NCBI RefSeq assembly: GCF_044324875.1
Contig: NZ_CP172185.1
DNA length: 64,000 nucleotides
Reading direction: 5' to 3' (one strand)
Source of the DNA: Escherichia coli
Lineage (GTDB): Bacteria; Pseudomonadota; Gammaproteobacteria; Enterobacterales; Enterobacteriaceae
This document shows, one piece after another, positions 13,570 to 24,464 of the stretch. The position numbers and the translations under genes were made by a program. The notes beneath the pieces are model-generated. The model was not told the DNA's origin, did no database searches, and worked only from the letters and a program-made list of their open reading frames with translations. The number at the start of each line of letters is the position of its first letter. The first letter of the stretch is position 1.

Positions 13570-14523
13570 GTGGATAGTAATAATCAAATTGAAACCTGTT
13601 TAAGCAGAAAGTCGTCAGAAGGTAAACCACAAATATTTACAACCTTACGAAATATTGATCTTAACCTTCTGACTATTTTTGAAGCTGTATATGTACATAA
13701 AGGGATCGTTAATGCAGCGAAAGTGCTTAATCTGACACCCTCGGCAATCAGTCAGTCTATTCAGAAACTGCGCGTTATATTCCCTGACCCATTGTTTATT
13801 CGCAAAGGCCAGGGCGTCACTCCTACCGCATTTGCGATGCATCTACATGAGTATATCAGTCAGGGCCTTGAGTCCATTCTTGGCGCGCTGGATATCGAAG
13901 GAAGCTATGATAAGCAACGAACGATAACTATTGCGACCACCCCCTCGGTCGGAGCCCTGGTCCTTCCTGTCATCTATCGGGCGATTAAATCTCACTATCC
14001 GCAGCTTTTACTGCGCAACCCGCCCATCAGCGACGCGGAAAACCAACTCAGTCAGTTTCAAACCGATCTCATCATCGATAACATGTTTTGCACCAATCGT
14101 ACGGTGCAACATCATGTTCTGTTCACCGACAATATGGTGTTAATTTGCCGTGAGGGAAATCCACTACTCTCTTTAGAAGATGACAGGGAGACTATCGACA
14201 ACGCTGCGCATATACTCCTGTTACCGGAAGGGCAAAATTTCAGCGGTCTGCGGCAGAGAGTTCAAGAGATGTTTCCGGACCGGCAAATCAGTTTCACCAG
14301 CTACAACATTTTGACAATCGCTGCACTGGTTGCCAACAGTGACATGTTAGCGATTATTCCCAGCCGTTTTTATAACCTGTTTAGCCGTTGCTGGCCGCTG
14401 GAAAAACTGCCTTTTCCGTCCTTAAATGAGGAGCAAATAGATTTCTCTATCCACTACAACAAATTCAGCCTGCGTGATCCCATCCTGCACGGGGTAATAG
14501 ATGTTATCCGTAATGCATTTTGA
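13570..14523 (+). CDS. ybeF: LysR-family transcriptional regulator YbeF
   Basis: 317 aa, GTG start; N-terminal HTH (LNLTPSAISQSIQKLR); AT-rich coding sequence. Confidence 0.8.
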   Translation: MDSNNQIETCLSRKSSEGKPQIFTTLRNIDLNLLTIFEAVYVHKGIVNAAKVLNLTPSAISQSIQKLRVIFPDPLFIRKGQGVTPTAFAMHLHEYISQGLESILGALDIEGSYDKQRTITIATTPSVGALVLPVIYRAIKSHYPQLLLRNPPISDAENQLSQFQTDLIIDNMFCTNRTVQHHVLFTDNMVLICREGNPLLSLEDDRETIDNAAHILLLPEGQNFSGLRQRVQEMFPDRQISFTSYNILTIAALVANSDMLAIIPSRFYNLFSRCWPLEKLPFPSLNEEQIDFSIHYNKFSLRDPILHGVIDVIRNAF

Positions 14524-14731
14524 AAAAGTATTGTTACAGCCAGATCACAGCGAAGAACGAAAAAATGGCACAATCCAACAACAATTTTACATTTTCGCGA
14601 CCGCTTTGGCTGCTTTCAGGTCCGTTTCAATGATATACTGCCAGTCGTTAATTCAAAAATAGTTGATAATTACAACAATCTATTGAATTGAAACGCTTTC
14701 CTTCGTAATTCGCAACTGGAACACGCACGCT

Positions 14732-15697
14732 ATGAGTAAACCCATTGTGATGGAACGCGGTGTTAAATACCGCGATGCCGATAAGATGGCCCTTATCCCG
14801 GTTAAAAACGTGGCAACAGAGCGCGAAGCCCTGCTGCGCAAGCCGGAATGGATGAAAATCAAGCTTCCAGCGGACTCTACACGTATCCAGGGCATCAAAG
14901 CCGCAATGCGCAAAAATGGCCTGCATTCTGTCTGCGAGGAAGCCTCCTGCCCTAACCTGGCGGAATGCTTCAACCACGGCACAGCAACGTTTATGATCCT
15001 CGGCGCTATTTGTACCCGCCGTTGTCCGTTCTGTGACGTTGCCCACGGTCGCCCGGTAGCTCCGGATGCCAATGAACCAGTGAAACTGGCGCAGACCATT
15101 GCCGATATGGCGCTGCGTTATGTGGTTATCACCTCCGTTGACCGTGATGACCTGCGCGATGGCGGTGCCCAGCACTTTGCGGATTGCATTACTGCCATTC
15201 GGGAAAAAAGCCCGCAAATCAAAATTGAAACTCTGGTGCCGGATTTCCGCGGTCGTATGGATCGTGCTCTGGATATTCTGACCGCCACACCACCAGATGT
15301 GTTCAACCATAACCTGGAAAACGTACCGCGTATTTACCGTCAGGTACGGCCTGGTGCAGATTACAACTGGTCGCTGAAGCTGCTGGAACGCTTTAAAGAA
15401 GCGCATCCGGAAATCCCGACCAAGTCTGGTCTGATGGTGGGTCTGGGTGAAACCAATGAAGAAATTATTGAGGTAATGCGCGACCTGCGCCGTCATGGTG
15501 TGACGATGTTAACGCTGGGGCAATATTTGCAGCCAAGCCGCCATCACCTGCCGGTTCAACGTTACGTTAGCCCGGATGAGTTCGACGAAATGAAAGCCGA
15601 AGCGCTGGCGATGGGCTTTACCCATGCTGCATGCGGTCCGTTTGTCCGCTCGTCTTACCACGCCGATTTGCAGGCGAAAGGGATGGAAGTTAAGTAA
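14732..15697 (+). CDS. lipA: lipoyl synthase (radical SAM)
   Basis: 321 aa; CX3CX2C radical-SAM cluster motif (CTRRCPFC) and second Cys cluster (CPNLAEC). Confidence 0.95.
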
Positions 15698-15726
15698 TCC
15701 TGTAATAATTACTTACATCTGTCTGA

Positions 15727-15757
15727 TAAAAAACCCGCTTTTTGAAGCGGGTTTTTT
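15727..15757. terminator. bidirectional rho-independent terminator between lipA and tatE
   Basis: AAAAAACCCGC-TTTTTGAA-GCGGGTTTTTT: hairpin flanked by A-run and T-run, usable on both strands. Confidence 0.8.
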
Positions 15758-15797
15758 GTATCGAACAAGATATTGAGGGAGCGTCCTGCTCGCCACG

Positions 15798-16001
15798 TCA
15801 CTCTTTATGAGAGAGCTTTTCAGCCTGAAGATCAACGTCTGCGCCTTTTTTCGCCGCAGCATCGTCATCATTCATCGCCTTCTTGAACCCTTTAATGGCC
15901 GCTCCAAGGTCTCCGCCCAGCGTACGTAACTTCTTAGTCCCAAACAGCAGAACGACCAGCGCCGCAACTACCAGCAGTTTGGTAATACTAATCTCACCCA
16001 T
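15798..16001 (-). CDS. tatE: twin-arginine translocase subunit TatE
   Basis: 67-aa ORF; TatA/E-type N-terminal TM helix followed by amphipathic region. Confidence 0.9.
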   Translation of the reverse strand: MGEISITKLLVVAALVVLLFGTKKLRTLGGDLGAAIKGFKKAMNDDDAAAKKGADVDLQAEKLSHKE

Positions 16002-16129
16002 AGATACCTTCTTGACATATAACCGGCAACAGAACGCGCCTTAAAAACCAGAGAATATTAACGGTCATTCGACGCGCGCACACAATAGCAATCTGTAACA
16101 AGGTGAATCAAGCGCCGAGTAAAAAAACA

Positions 16130-16924
16130 TCATAATAATTGCGGCGGCGCAAAGCGACGGTTGTTTAAAACGGGAAGTTGCGCGCGCACCTGACGCACAC
16201 GTTCGGGCGTCACTTCCGCCATAATGAGTGCAGGCATTTCTGACGCTGCCGCAATGGTGACGCCAAAGGGATCTATAATCCGGCTTTGCCCGATATTTTT
16301 GTTCCCGCACTCCCCCGCCGCCACCATATAACAGGTGGTATCCAGCGCACGAGCGGCAAGCAACGTTGACCAGTGATGCTCCTTGAGCGGCCCACGAACC
16401 CAGGCGGCAGGAAGTACCAGGATTTCAGCTCCCTGTAATGCCTGTGCCAGCGCCAGCTCTGGAAAGCGTAAGTCATAACAGGTCATCAGACCGACCTTCA
16501 TCCCTTCCACCTCCAGTAACGGAGCTATTTCATTACCAGCATCAACATGGCGTGATTCCTGAATGGCAAATGCATCATAGAGATGCAGTTTGGCATAACG
16601 GGCGACGATGTTTCCTGCCTGTAGCGCCACCAGCATATTCCATGCGCGCCCCGGTGTTGAAGGAACATGAATCGTCAGAATTGTCGTCATCATGTTACGT
16701 TTACTTTCTCGACGTAAACGTCCGAGGAATTCGCCTTCCAGCAGCTGTGCTGATTTAACCGATAGATCTGCATCATGATCATCACGCGCCAACAATGCTT
16801 CCGGCAGGACAAACAGCGAAACGTCGTTTTCCGCCGCCTGCGCCATCAACGAGGCACAAATCTCAGCGTTCTTTTCCCACACAGATGTAACAGCAAACTG
16901 TCCTGCGGCAACCAGCATTGCCAC
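16130..16924 (-). CDS. ybeM: nitrilase-superfamily C-N hydrolase YbeM (Nit1-like amidase), intact
   Basis: 264-aa uninterrupted ORF with Glu/Lys/Cys catalytic-triad contexts ([23 protein letters not shown]). Confidence 0.8.
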   Translation of the reverse strand: MAMLVAAGQFAVTSVWEKNAEICASLMAQAAENDVSLFVLPEALLARDDHDADLSVKSAQLLEGEFLGRLRRESKRNMMTTILTIHVPSTPGRAWNMLVALQAGNIVARYAKLHLYDAFAIQESRHVDAGNEIAPLLEVEGMKVGLMTCYDLRFPELALAQALQGAEILVLPAAWVRGPLKEHHWSTLLAARALDTTCYMVAAGECGNKNIGQSRIIDPFGVTIAAASEMPALIMAEVTPERVRQVRAQLPVLNNRRFAPPQLL

Positions 16925-17013
16925 CTCCTCCTGTCAGAGTCGTAAAATTCGCCAACGGCGATTATTCGGCGTTACACTTATCACTCATACAAATCAAATA
17001 GCAGGATTTTGCA

Positions 17014-17397
17014 GTGTTACAACTTCTTTTAGCAGTTTTTATTGGCGGTGGTACGGGAAGCGTGGCGAGATGGCTGTTAAGTATGCGATTTAACCCGCTG
17101 CATCAGGCGATTCCGTTGGGGACGCTGGCAGCAAACCTGATTGGGGCATTCATCATAGGAATGGGATTCGCCTGGTTTAGCAGGATGACGAACATTGATC
17201 CAGTGTGGAAAGTATTAATCACCACCGGATTTTGTGGCGGTCTAACAACCTTCTCAACATTTTCGGCAGAAGTGGTGTTTTTGTTACAAGAGGGCCGCTT
17301 TGGCTGGGCGTTACTGAACGTTTTCGTCAACCTTCTGGGGTCTTTTGCCATGACCGCACTGGCTTTCGGGCTGTTTTCCGCCTCAACCGCACACTAA
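17014..17397 (+). CDS. crcB: fluoride channel CrcB/FluC
   Basis: 127 aa, GTG start; four-TM small membrane protein matching remembered CrcB. Confidence 0.9.
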   Translation: MLQLLLAVFIGGGTGSVARWLLSMRFNPLHQAIPLGTLAANLIGAFIIGMGFAWFSRMTNIDPVWKVLITTGFCGGLTTFSTFSAEVVFLLQEGRFGWALLNVFVNLLGSFAMTALAFGLFSASTAH

Positions 17398-17402
17398 AGA
17401 CC

Positions 17403-17431
17403 AAAAAAAACCCGCTGATTAAGCGGGTTTT
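17403..17431. terminator. bidirectional rho-independent terminator between crcB and cspE
   Basis: AAAAAAAACCCGC-TGATTAA-GCGGGTTTT hairpin with flanking A/T runs. Confidence 0.8.
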
Positions 17432-17450
17432 GAATTCTTGCTGACGTATC

Positions 17451-17660
17451 TTACAGAGCGATTACGTTTGCAGCAGAAGGGCCTTTGGCACCGTTAGTGA
17501 TTTCGAACTCTACGCGCTGACCTTCAGCAAGAGTTTTAAAACCATTAGTCTGGATTGCAGAGAAGTGTACGAACACGTCTTTGCTGCCGTCTTCCGGAGT
17601 AATGAAACCGAATCCTTTGGACTCATTAAACCACTTAACGTTACCTTTAATCTTAGACAT
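17451..17660 (-). CDS. cspE: cold-shock protein CspE
   Basis: ORF 17451..17744 trimmed to [12 protein letters not shown] start (69 aa); RNP motifs KGFGFI and VFVHF. Confidence 0.93.
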
Positions 17661-17834
17661 CAAAATTACCTTTACATGAAAAATAGACACAAATGCTGTG
17701 TCGGTTACCAGTACACCAATTGTGGTACGCTTTGTCCAGTGCAACTTTACTAAAAAGTGATAAAAGTCGCGTTATTTTTGATGTTAATTATTTTACCCAT
17801 TGATTTTAAAGAGTTTACTAAAATTTCATTTGTC

Positions 17835-18395
17835 TCAAAACTGAAAGCGCATCCAGGCAAAGTACACATTGCCATTGTTATAGGTACCCGGAATGTAGGT
17901 CATCTGAAAAGTCACTGGACCATAACCCACAGAGGCCAATGGCAGTAGAACCGGGAGAGGGATGTAATTCCAGTTATCGCGTGCCGTTACGCCAGCGGTG
18001 AATCCCAGTCCTAAATGAAAATTTTCATCTGCCAGCGGTCGCCAGGTACTTTCCCATCCGTATCCGGCAATCGGTTCCCATTTGTTCCACGAGTCCTTAA
18101 ATGCCATGGCATACAGGCCATGCCAGTTTCCTTTTTCATCCCAACGCGACTGACCAAAACCGCCACCCCACGGTCGCTCGTTATAGCGATCGGTTTTTTC
18201 TTTGTCGTAAGCGAAACGTGCATGCCAGGTGATGGCAGGAATATATAAATCATAATGTTCAGGCTGTTGCCAGGTTTGTGCAATATTTTCTCTAAACGTT
18301 GTCATCCACTCATCTGCGTTAGCAAAAACTTTACCAACGCTGATTAACTGAATAAAAACAAAGGAAAAGATAGCGACATATTTACTCACGTTCAT
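17835..18395 (-). CDS. pagP: lipid A palmitoyltransferase PagP (CrcA)
   Basis: ORF trimmed to MNVSKY start (186 aa); signal peptide; outer-membrane beta-barrel with C-terminal aromatic. Confidence 0.9.
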   Translation of the reverse strand: MNVSKYVAIFSFVFIQLISVGKVFANADEWMTTFRENIAQTWQQPEHYDLYIPAITWHARFAYDKEKTDRYNERPWGGGFGQSRWDEKGNWHGLYAMAFKDSWNKWEPIAGYGWESTWRPLADENFHLGLGFTAGVTARDNWNYIPLPVLLPLASVGYGPVTFQMTYIPGTYNNGNVYFAWMRFQF

Positions 18396-18981
18396 TTGTG
18401 ACCATAAAACATTTATCAAAAATCTACTACTAGCATAGCAAAGCTACAATTAACATAACCTTAATAGCCCCAACATAAAGAACAATCTGAATAGCTGCTC
18501 TATTTATTTCCGCTTGTTTAAGTTAAATATTTCCGCGCATCGATTAAAGATGATGTATCGTTTTCTGCTATGGGAATAGTCATAAAAAAACCAAGTCTTT
18601 TTTGATGACAAAATACAACCAAGAAAAAATTACTTTATTTTTTAATAGGATACAAAAAAATCTCTTAACGAAGAATATATTATATATCGTCAACCTATGC
18701 TCATGTTAGATTATTTTTTGAGCGCACAGCCGCAGCTAACACCATTGCAATTAACAAATTTGCATCAATCCACCATCAATTTACACACATTATTATGTGA
18801 TAATTGCCAACCGCTAAATATGCGTTTTGTTATCTATGTATAAAAACAGCAAATTCAATGTCTTAATGGCAGTTTTTCTTGATTTTAATCAGCATTCATC
18901 GCCAATTTATTGGGCATATTTTTTCCTTAAGCTTTAGGAATTTTTTATTATTTACTTTGGGGCCTGGAGACAGGAAAAATT

Positions 18982-20367
18982 ATGCTGACATTCATTGAAC
19001 TCCTTATTGGAGTTGTGGTTATTGTGGGTGTAGCTCGCTACATCATTAAAGGGTATTCCGCCACTGGCGTGTTATTTGTCGGTGGCCTGTTATTGCTGAT
19101 TATCAGTGCCATTATGGGGCACAAAGTGTTACCGTCCAGCCAGGCTTCAACAGGCTACAGCGCCACGGATATCGTTGAATACGTTAAAATATTGCTAATG
19201 AGCCGCGGCGGCGACCTCGGCATGATGATTATGATGCTGTGTGGCTTTGCCGCTTACATGACCCATATCGGCGCGAATGATATGGTGGTCAAGCTGGCGT
19301 CAAAACCATTGCAGTATATTAACTCCCCTTACCTGCTGATGATTGCCGCCTATTTTGTCGCCTGTCTGATGTCTCTGGCCGTCTCTTCCGCGACCGGTCT
19401 GGGTGTTTTGCTGATGGCAACCCTGTTTCCGGTGATGGTAAACGTTGGTATCAGCCGTGGTGCAGCTGCTGCTATTTGTGCCTCCCCGGCGGCGATTATT
19501 CTCGCACCGACTTCAGGGGATGTGGTGCTGGCGGCGCAGGCTTCCGAAATGTCGCTGATTGACTTCGCCTTCAAAACAACGCTGCCTATCTCAATTGCTG
19601 CAATTATCGGCATGGCAATCGCCCACTTCTTCTGGCAACGTTATCTGGATAAAAAAGAACACATCTCTCATGAAATGTTAGATGTCAGTGAAATCACCAC
19701 CACTGCCCCTGCGTTTTATGCCATTTTGCCGTTCACGCCGATCATCGGAGTGCTGATTTTTGACGGCAAATGGGGCCCGCAATTACACATCATCACTATT
19801 CTGGTGATTTGTATGCTGATTGCCTCCATTCTGGAGTTCATCCGCAGCTTTAATACCCAGAAAGTTTTCTCTGGTCTGGAAGTGGCTTATCGCGGGATGG
19901 CAGATGCATTTGCAAACGTGGTGATGCTGCTGGTTGCCGCTGGGGTATTCGCTCAGGGGCTTAGCACCATCGGCTTTATTCAAAGTCTGATTTCTATCGC
20001 TACCTCGTTTGGTTCGGCGAGCATCATCCTGATGCTGGTATTGGTGATCCTGACAATGCTGGCGGCAGTCACGACCGGTTCAGGCAATGCGCCGTTTTAT
20101 GCGTTTGTTGAGATGATCCCGAAACTGGCGCACTCTTCCGGCATTAACCCGGCGTATTTGACTATCCCAATGCTGCAGGCGTCAAACCTCGGCCGTACCC
20201 TGTCACCCGTTTCTGGCGTAGTCGTTGCGGTTGCCGGGATGGCGAAAATCTCACCATTTGAAGTCGTAAAACGCACCTCGGTGCCGGTGCTTGTTGGGCT
20301 GGTGATTGTTATCGTTGCTACAGAGCTGATGGTGCCAGGAACGGCAGCCGCGGTCACAGGCAAGTAA
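18982..20367 (+). CDS. dcuC: anaerobic C4-dicarboxylate transporter DcuC
   Basis: 461 aa polytopic membrane protein matching remembered DcuC. Confidence 0.93.
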   Translation: MLTFIELLIGVVVIVGVARYIIKGYSATGVLFVGGLLLLIISAIMGHKVLPSSQASTGYSATDIVEYVKILLMSRGGDLGMMIMMLCGFAAYMTHIGANDMVVKLASKPLQYINSPYLLMIAAYFVACLMSLAVSSATGLGVLLMATLFPVMVNVGISRGAAAAICASPAAIILAPTSGDVVLAAQASEMSLIDFAFKTTLPISIAAIIGMAIAHFFWQRYLDKKEHISHEMLDVSEITTTAPAFYAILPFTPIIGVLIFDGKWGPQLHIITILVICMLIASILEFIRSFNTQKVFSGLEVAYRGMADAFANVVMLLVAAGVFAQGLSTIGFIQSLISIATSFGSASIILMLVLVILTMLAAVTTGSGNAPFYAFVEMIPKLAHSSGINPAYLTIPMLQASNLGRTLSPVSGVVVAVAGMAKISPFEVVKRTSVPVLVGLVIVIVATELMVPGTAAAVTGK

Positions 20368-20375
20368 ATAGTCAT

Positions 20376-20402
20376 GCCGGAGGCAAGTTTCCTCCGGCTT
20401 TA
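20376..20402. terminator. terminator hairpin between convergent dcuC and dpiA
   Basis: GCCGGAGG-CAAGTTT-CCTCCGGC followed by TTTA. Confidence 0.7.
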
Positions 20403-20407
20403 TCATG

Positions 20408-21088
20408 TCACCCACTGTGGTATATGCGTTGCGGTCTGCCAACTTTGCCGTGAACAATTTCAGCAATAATCAGATGGCGGCTGGCGCAATATTCAAGATA
20501 ACGTCTGGCAGTGGTGCGGCTGATAGTCAGTGCCTGCGCCACCGTTTCTGCCGTATGTTGCACACCAGGCTCTTTAAACAGTTTTCGCACCGCGTTTAGC
20601 GTCAAGGGGTCAATGCCGGTCGGCAGTTCGTCTTTGGGTTCACCGCGAGCATAGGCATTAAACATCTCATCAATTTGCTTCTGGCTGGCGCTATCAATAC
20701 TTTCCAGCATATGTTTACGCTGGCGGAATCGGGTTAGCGTTTGCCCCAGCCGTTCATAGGCAATTGGCTTAATGAGATAATCAAATACACCACAACGTAC
20801 GGCTTCAGACACCGTTTCCATATCACTGGCTGCAGTGGTAAACACCACGTCGCCGGGATAATGCGCCTGCACCAGTTCATGCAGTAAATTAATCCCTCTA
20901 CCGTCAGGAAGATAGTTATCAAGCAAGATTAGCCCCGGCTTAAAACGCTCGATCATCATTCGGGCCTGCGCCAGGTTTCCCGCCAGTAATATCTGACTGA
21001 ATCCGGGAATGTGACGAATATATTCCGCATGCATCTCTGCCAGCGGCGTTTCGTCCTCAACGATCAATAGGGTTAATGGAGCTGTCAT
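20408..21088 (-). CDS. dpiA: two-component response regulator DpiA (CitB)
   Basis: 226 aa; receiver domain (LLIVEDE, LLDNYLPDG) plus C-terminal HTH; start overlaps dpiB 3' end by 32 nt. Confidence 0.9.
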   Translation of the reverse strand: MTAPLTLLIVEDETPLAEMHAEYIRHIPGFSQILLAGNLAQARMMIERFKPGLILLDNYLPDGRGINLLHELVQAHYPGDVVFTTAASDMETVSEAVRCGVFDYLIKPIAYERLGQTLTRFRQRKHMLESIDSASQKQIDEMFNAYARGEPKDELPTGIDPLTLNAVRKLFKEPGVQHTAETVAQALTISRTTARRYLEYCASRHLIIAEIVHGKVGRPQRIYHSG

Positions 21089-22715
21089 TAGGTTTCACTT
21101 TCGGAATATAGATTGAAAATAAGGTACCGCAGGGATCATTATCTTCGAGAGTGATAACACCACCGCAGCGCGTTACGTAGCTGGCAATCAAGTACAACCC
21201 AATGCCATGTTCGCCGGGCTCGTCAGCACGCGTACTGACACCCTGCTCAAATATTTTGTCTCGTAGAGACTCTGGAACGCCGCAGCCCTGATCGGCGACT
21301 TCAATCACCACATCATCGCCTTCATCGCTGAGGAATAATTCAACGATCTTGTTTCCTTCATCGCTACGCAGGCTGGCTTCGAAGGCGTTATCAAGTAAAT
21401 TGCCAACAATGGCTGCAAACTCGGTGCTGTCCAGTCCTGGCGGCAGTTGCGAAAGCTGACTTCCGGGGACGATGACCATTTTTAGCCCCAGTTCGCGGGC
21501 GCGCTGCACTTTACCAAAAAGCAGCCCCGCCACCTGGCGATCGGCAAACGCCTCGCGCAGGCTATCAATAAGCTGTTGCTGGGCCTGAGACTCCCCCTGC
21601 ACCATCGCCAACACGCGATCATACTCTTTCATCTGCAACAGACCATTGAGCGTCGACATCCAATTGAGATGCTCGTGTCGCAATGTGCGCAGGCTCTCGA
21701 CGTATTGTTTAATTTGCGTCAGTTGCGCATTGAGGGTGGATATTTCGTCTTTACTACGAAAGCTGATAATGGCCCCCAGCAAATCATCACCAGAACGAAT
21801 AGCTTCCCGGTTGGCAATAACGCTCAGACCGTTAAAGTTCGCCACCACATCCTGACGTTTTTCATCAATCTGTTCGGTAAAGAAATCGGCGGGCCTGACC
21901 ACTTCAGCAATGGGTTTACCCAACCATTGCCGTCCGGGGGAACTCAGACCCAGCATCTTTCTTGCGTTACGATTGATGGCGGTAATGTAACCATGCGGAT
22001 CCACCGCAATGAGCCCTTCATAAACCGAACTAAACAGCGCCTCTTGCTGACGGACCACGCGTGCGATTTGCTTTGGCTCCATGCCCATCATCTGCCGACG
22101 GATATGCGCGGCCAGGAACCACGACAGCAACATCAGAATCCCTAACAGCACGACAAACACGCCAGCCATCGGTAATAAAAACTCAGCCCGCCAGCTATCG
22201 ATTTTACTCACCAGGTAGCCAATCGACACCACGCCGATGACTTTTCCATCGTCATCAAAGATTGGCGTTTTGGCACGCATCGCCATGCCAATTGACCCTT
22301 TCCCGGTGATGAAGTAGCTCTCCCCTTTCTCCAGCGCGCCCGGTTTGGTGAACTGCATAGGATAACCAATTTTCTCCGGATTAGGATGGTAAAGACGAAT
22401 CGAGTGCCGATCGCCAATCACCACATAATCGAAATCAGTATCTCTTTGTAATTTGTTAGCGATGGTCGCCAGCCTCTTGTAGTCACGCGTTTTCACTGCG
22501 CTGATGATACTGTCATTAGAAGCAATAATTTTTGCCTGATTCATTGCCATGTCGCGCACATGAAGCGTTAAATAGTCCTCAAAACTGGCCGTAAAATATT
22601 GCGCCAGGGCTGCAATGACAAATATTGAGAACACCAGAATCAGCAAAAAGATACGCAGCGGAAATGCCAGTCTTTGGAAAAATGCAAACTGTTTATTCTC
22701 GTTAAGCTGCAACAT
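21057..22715 (-). CDS. dpiB: citrate-sensing histidine kinase DpiB (CitA)
   Basis: ORF 21057..22775 trimmed to MLQLNENK start (552 aa); two TM segments flanking a periplasmic sensor domain; H-box HEHLNWM; ATPase domain. Confidence 0.9.
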   Translation of the reverse strand: MLQLNENKQFAFFQRLAFPLRIFLLILVFSIFVIAALAQYFTASFEDYLTLHVRDMAMNQAKIIASNDSIISAVKTRDYKRLATIANKLQRDTDFDYVVIGDRHSIRLYHPNPEKIGYPMQFTKPGALEKGESYFITGKGSIGMAMRAKTPIFDDDGKVIGVVSIGYLVSKIDSWRAEFLLPMAGVFVVLLGILMLLSWFLAAHIRRQMMGMEPKQIARVVRQQEALFSSVYEGLIAVDPHGYITAINRNARKMLGLSSPGRQWLGKPIAEVVRPADFFTEQIDEKRQDVVANFNGLSVIANREAIRSGDDLLGAIISFRSKDEISTLNAQLTQIKQYVESLRTLRHEHLNWMSTLNGLLQMKEYDRVLAMVQGESQAQQQLIDSLREAFADRQVAGLLFGKVQRARELGLKMVIVPGSQLSQLPPGLDSTEFAAIVGNLLDNAFEASLRSDEGNKIVELFLSDEGDDVVIEVADQGCGVPESLRDKIFEQGVSTRADEPGEHGIGLYLIASYVTRCGGVITLEDNDPCGTLFSIYIPKVKPNDSSINPIDR

Positions 22716-22912
22716 TGTTTTCCTTGCGGGTTGTCCCGAGCCTCTTTGACGGATGTAATTAAAATGTTGAATCAAAATACATAGATATTAAATATAATCG
22801 TGGCAAATTTTATTCATTAAATCAATTAAATCACTTAAACCTGCGGGTCATTTCGTAATTACATTAATTAAAAAACTTAAAACCATTAAATAAATAAAAA
22901 ACCACTAACTCT

Positions 22913-22936
22913 ATGTGAAATAAATCAAAATTTCAC
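22913..22936. promoter_or_regulatory. perfect 7-bp inverted repeat in the dpiB/citC divergent control region
   Basis: TGTGAAAT-N8-ATTTCACG inside an A/T-rich spacer with reiterated ATTAAAT-like motifs; binding factor not assigned. Confidence 0.3.
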
Positions 22937-23094
22937 GCTGCAATACTCCTTAGGATGTATAGCGAAAGGAGAAAAAGATATACCTCGATCGCCCCCCTTT
23001 CTCCCAAGTGAAAATAAAAGGTTATCAGTTTGCAACATCGAACAACATTCGTTGCAAATCGATAACAACATGCACCTTCAGGATACTATTTATT

Positions 23095-24153
23095 ATGTTC
23101 GGCAATGATATTTTCACCCGTGTAAAACGTTCAGAAAATAAAAAAATGGCGGAAATCGCCCAATTCCTGCATGAAAATGATTTGAGCGTTGACACCACAG
23201 TCGAAGTATTTATTACCGTAACCCGCGATGAAAAGCTTATCGCGTGCGGTGGAATTGCCGGAAATATTATTAAATGCGTTGCTATCAGTGAATCCGTTCG
23301 CGGTGAAGGACTGGCGCTGACATTAGCCACCGAGCTAATTAACCTCGCCTATGAGCGGCACAGCACGCATCTGTTTATTTATACCAAAACCGAATACGAG
23401 GCGCTGTTCCGCCAGTGCGGTTTTTCCACGCTGACCAGTGTACCCGGCGTGATGGTGCTGATGGAAAACAGCGCCACGCGACTGAAACGCTATGCCGAAT
23501 CGCTGAAAAAATTTCGTCATCCAGGGAACAAGATTGGCTGCATTGTGATGAACGCCAATCCCTTTACGAATGGTCACCGTTATCTGATTCAACAGGCTGC
23601 AGCACAGTGCGACTGGTTGCATCTGTTTTTAGTTAAAGAAGATTCTTCACGCTTTCCCTATGAAGACCGGCTGGATCTGGTGTTAACAGGCACCGCCGAT
23701 ATTCCACGCCTGACTGTGCATCGCGGCTCCGAATACATCATCTCCCGCGCTACGTTCCCTTGCTACTTCATTAAAGAACAGAGCGTCATTAACCATTGTT
23801 ACACCGAAATTGATCTGAAGATTTTCCGTCAGTACCTCGCTCCCGCGCTGGGTGTAACTCACCGCTTTGTCGGTACTGAACCCTTTTGTCGCGTTACCGC
23901 CCAGTACAACCAGGATATGCGCTACTGGCTGGAAACGCCGACTATCTCCGCACCGCCCATCGAACTGGTTGAAATTGAGCGGCTGCGTTACCAGGAGATG
24001 CCGATATCCGCTTCCCGGGTACGTCAACTGCTGGCGAAAAACGATCTCACGGCTATCGCGCCGCTGGTCCCTGCAGTCACGCTGCATTATTTGCAGAACC
24101 TGCTTGAGCACTCCCGCCAGGACGCGGCAGCTCGTCAAAAGACCCCCGCATGA
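23095..24153 (+). CDS. citC: [citrate (pro-3S)-lyase] ligase
   Basis: ORF 23008..24153 trimmed to MFGNDIF start (352 aa); first gene of citCDEFXG. Confidence 0.88.
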   Translation: MFGNDIFTRVKRSENKKMAEIAQFLHENDLSVDTTVEVFITVTRDEKLIACGGIAGNIIKCVAISESVRGEGLALTLATELINLAYERHSTHLFIYTKTEYEALFRQCGFSTLTSVPGVMVLMENSATRLKRYAESLKKFRHPGNKIGCIVMNANPFTNGHRYLIQQAAAQCDWLHLFLVKEDSSRFPYEDRLDLVLTGTADIPRLTVHRGSEYIISRATFPCYFIKEQSVINHCYTEIDLKIFRQYLAPALGVTHRFVGTEPFCRVTAQYNQDMRYWLETPTISAPPIELVEIERLRYQEMPISASRVRQLLAKNDLTAIAPLVPAVTLHYLQNLLEHSRQDAAARQKTPA

Positions 24154-24167
24154 GAAACAGGTGAAAA

Positions 24168-24464
24168 ATGAAAATAAACCAGCCCGCCGTTGCAGGCACC
24201 CTTGAGTCTGGGGATGTGATGATACGCATCGCCCCACTCGATACGCAGGATATCGACCTGCAAATCAACAGCAGCGTTGAGAAACAGTTTGGCGATGCAA
24301 TTCGCACCACCATTCTGGACGTTCTCGCCCGCTACAACGTGCGCGGCGTACAGCTGAATGTCGATGACAAAGGCGCACTGGACTGCATTTTACGTGCACG
24401 ACTGGAAGCCCTGCTGGCACGCGCCAGCGGTATCCCGGCTCTGCCATGGGAGGATTGCCAATGA
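24168..24464 (+). CDS. citD: citrate lyase acyl carrier protein (gamma subunit)
   Basis: 98 aa matching remembered CitD. Confidence 0.9.

Noticed and set aside
16925-17013. Possible fluoride riboswitch (crcB motif) upstream of crcB
   Set aside because: Spacer is only 89 bp and I could not find the conserved GGCGATGG...TCGCC / pseudoknot signature; only a short unrelated TCGCC-AAC-GGCGA hairpin is present. A covariance-model scan (Rfam RF01734) would settle it
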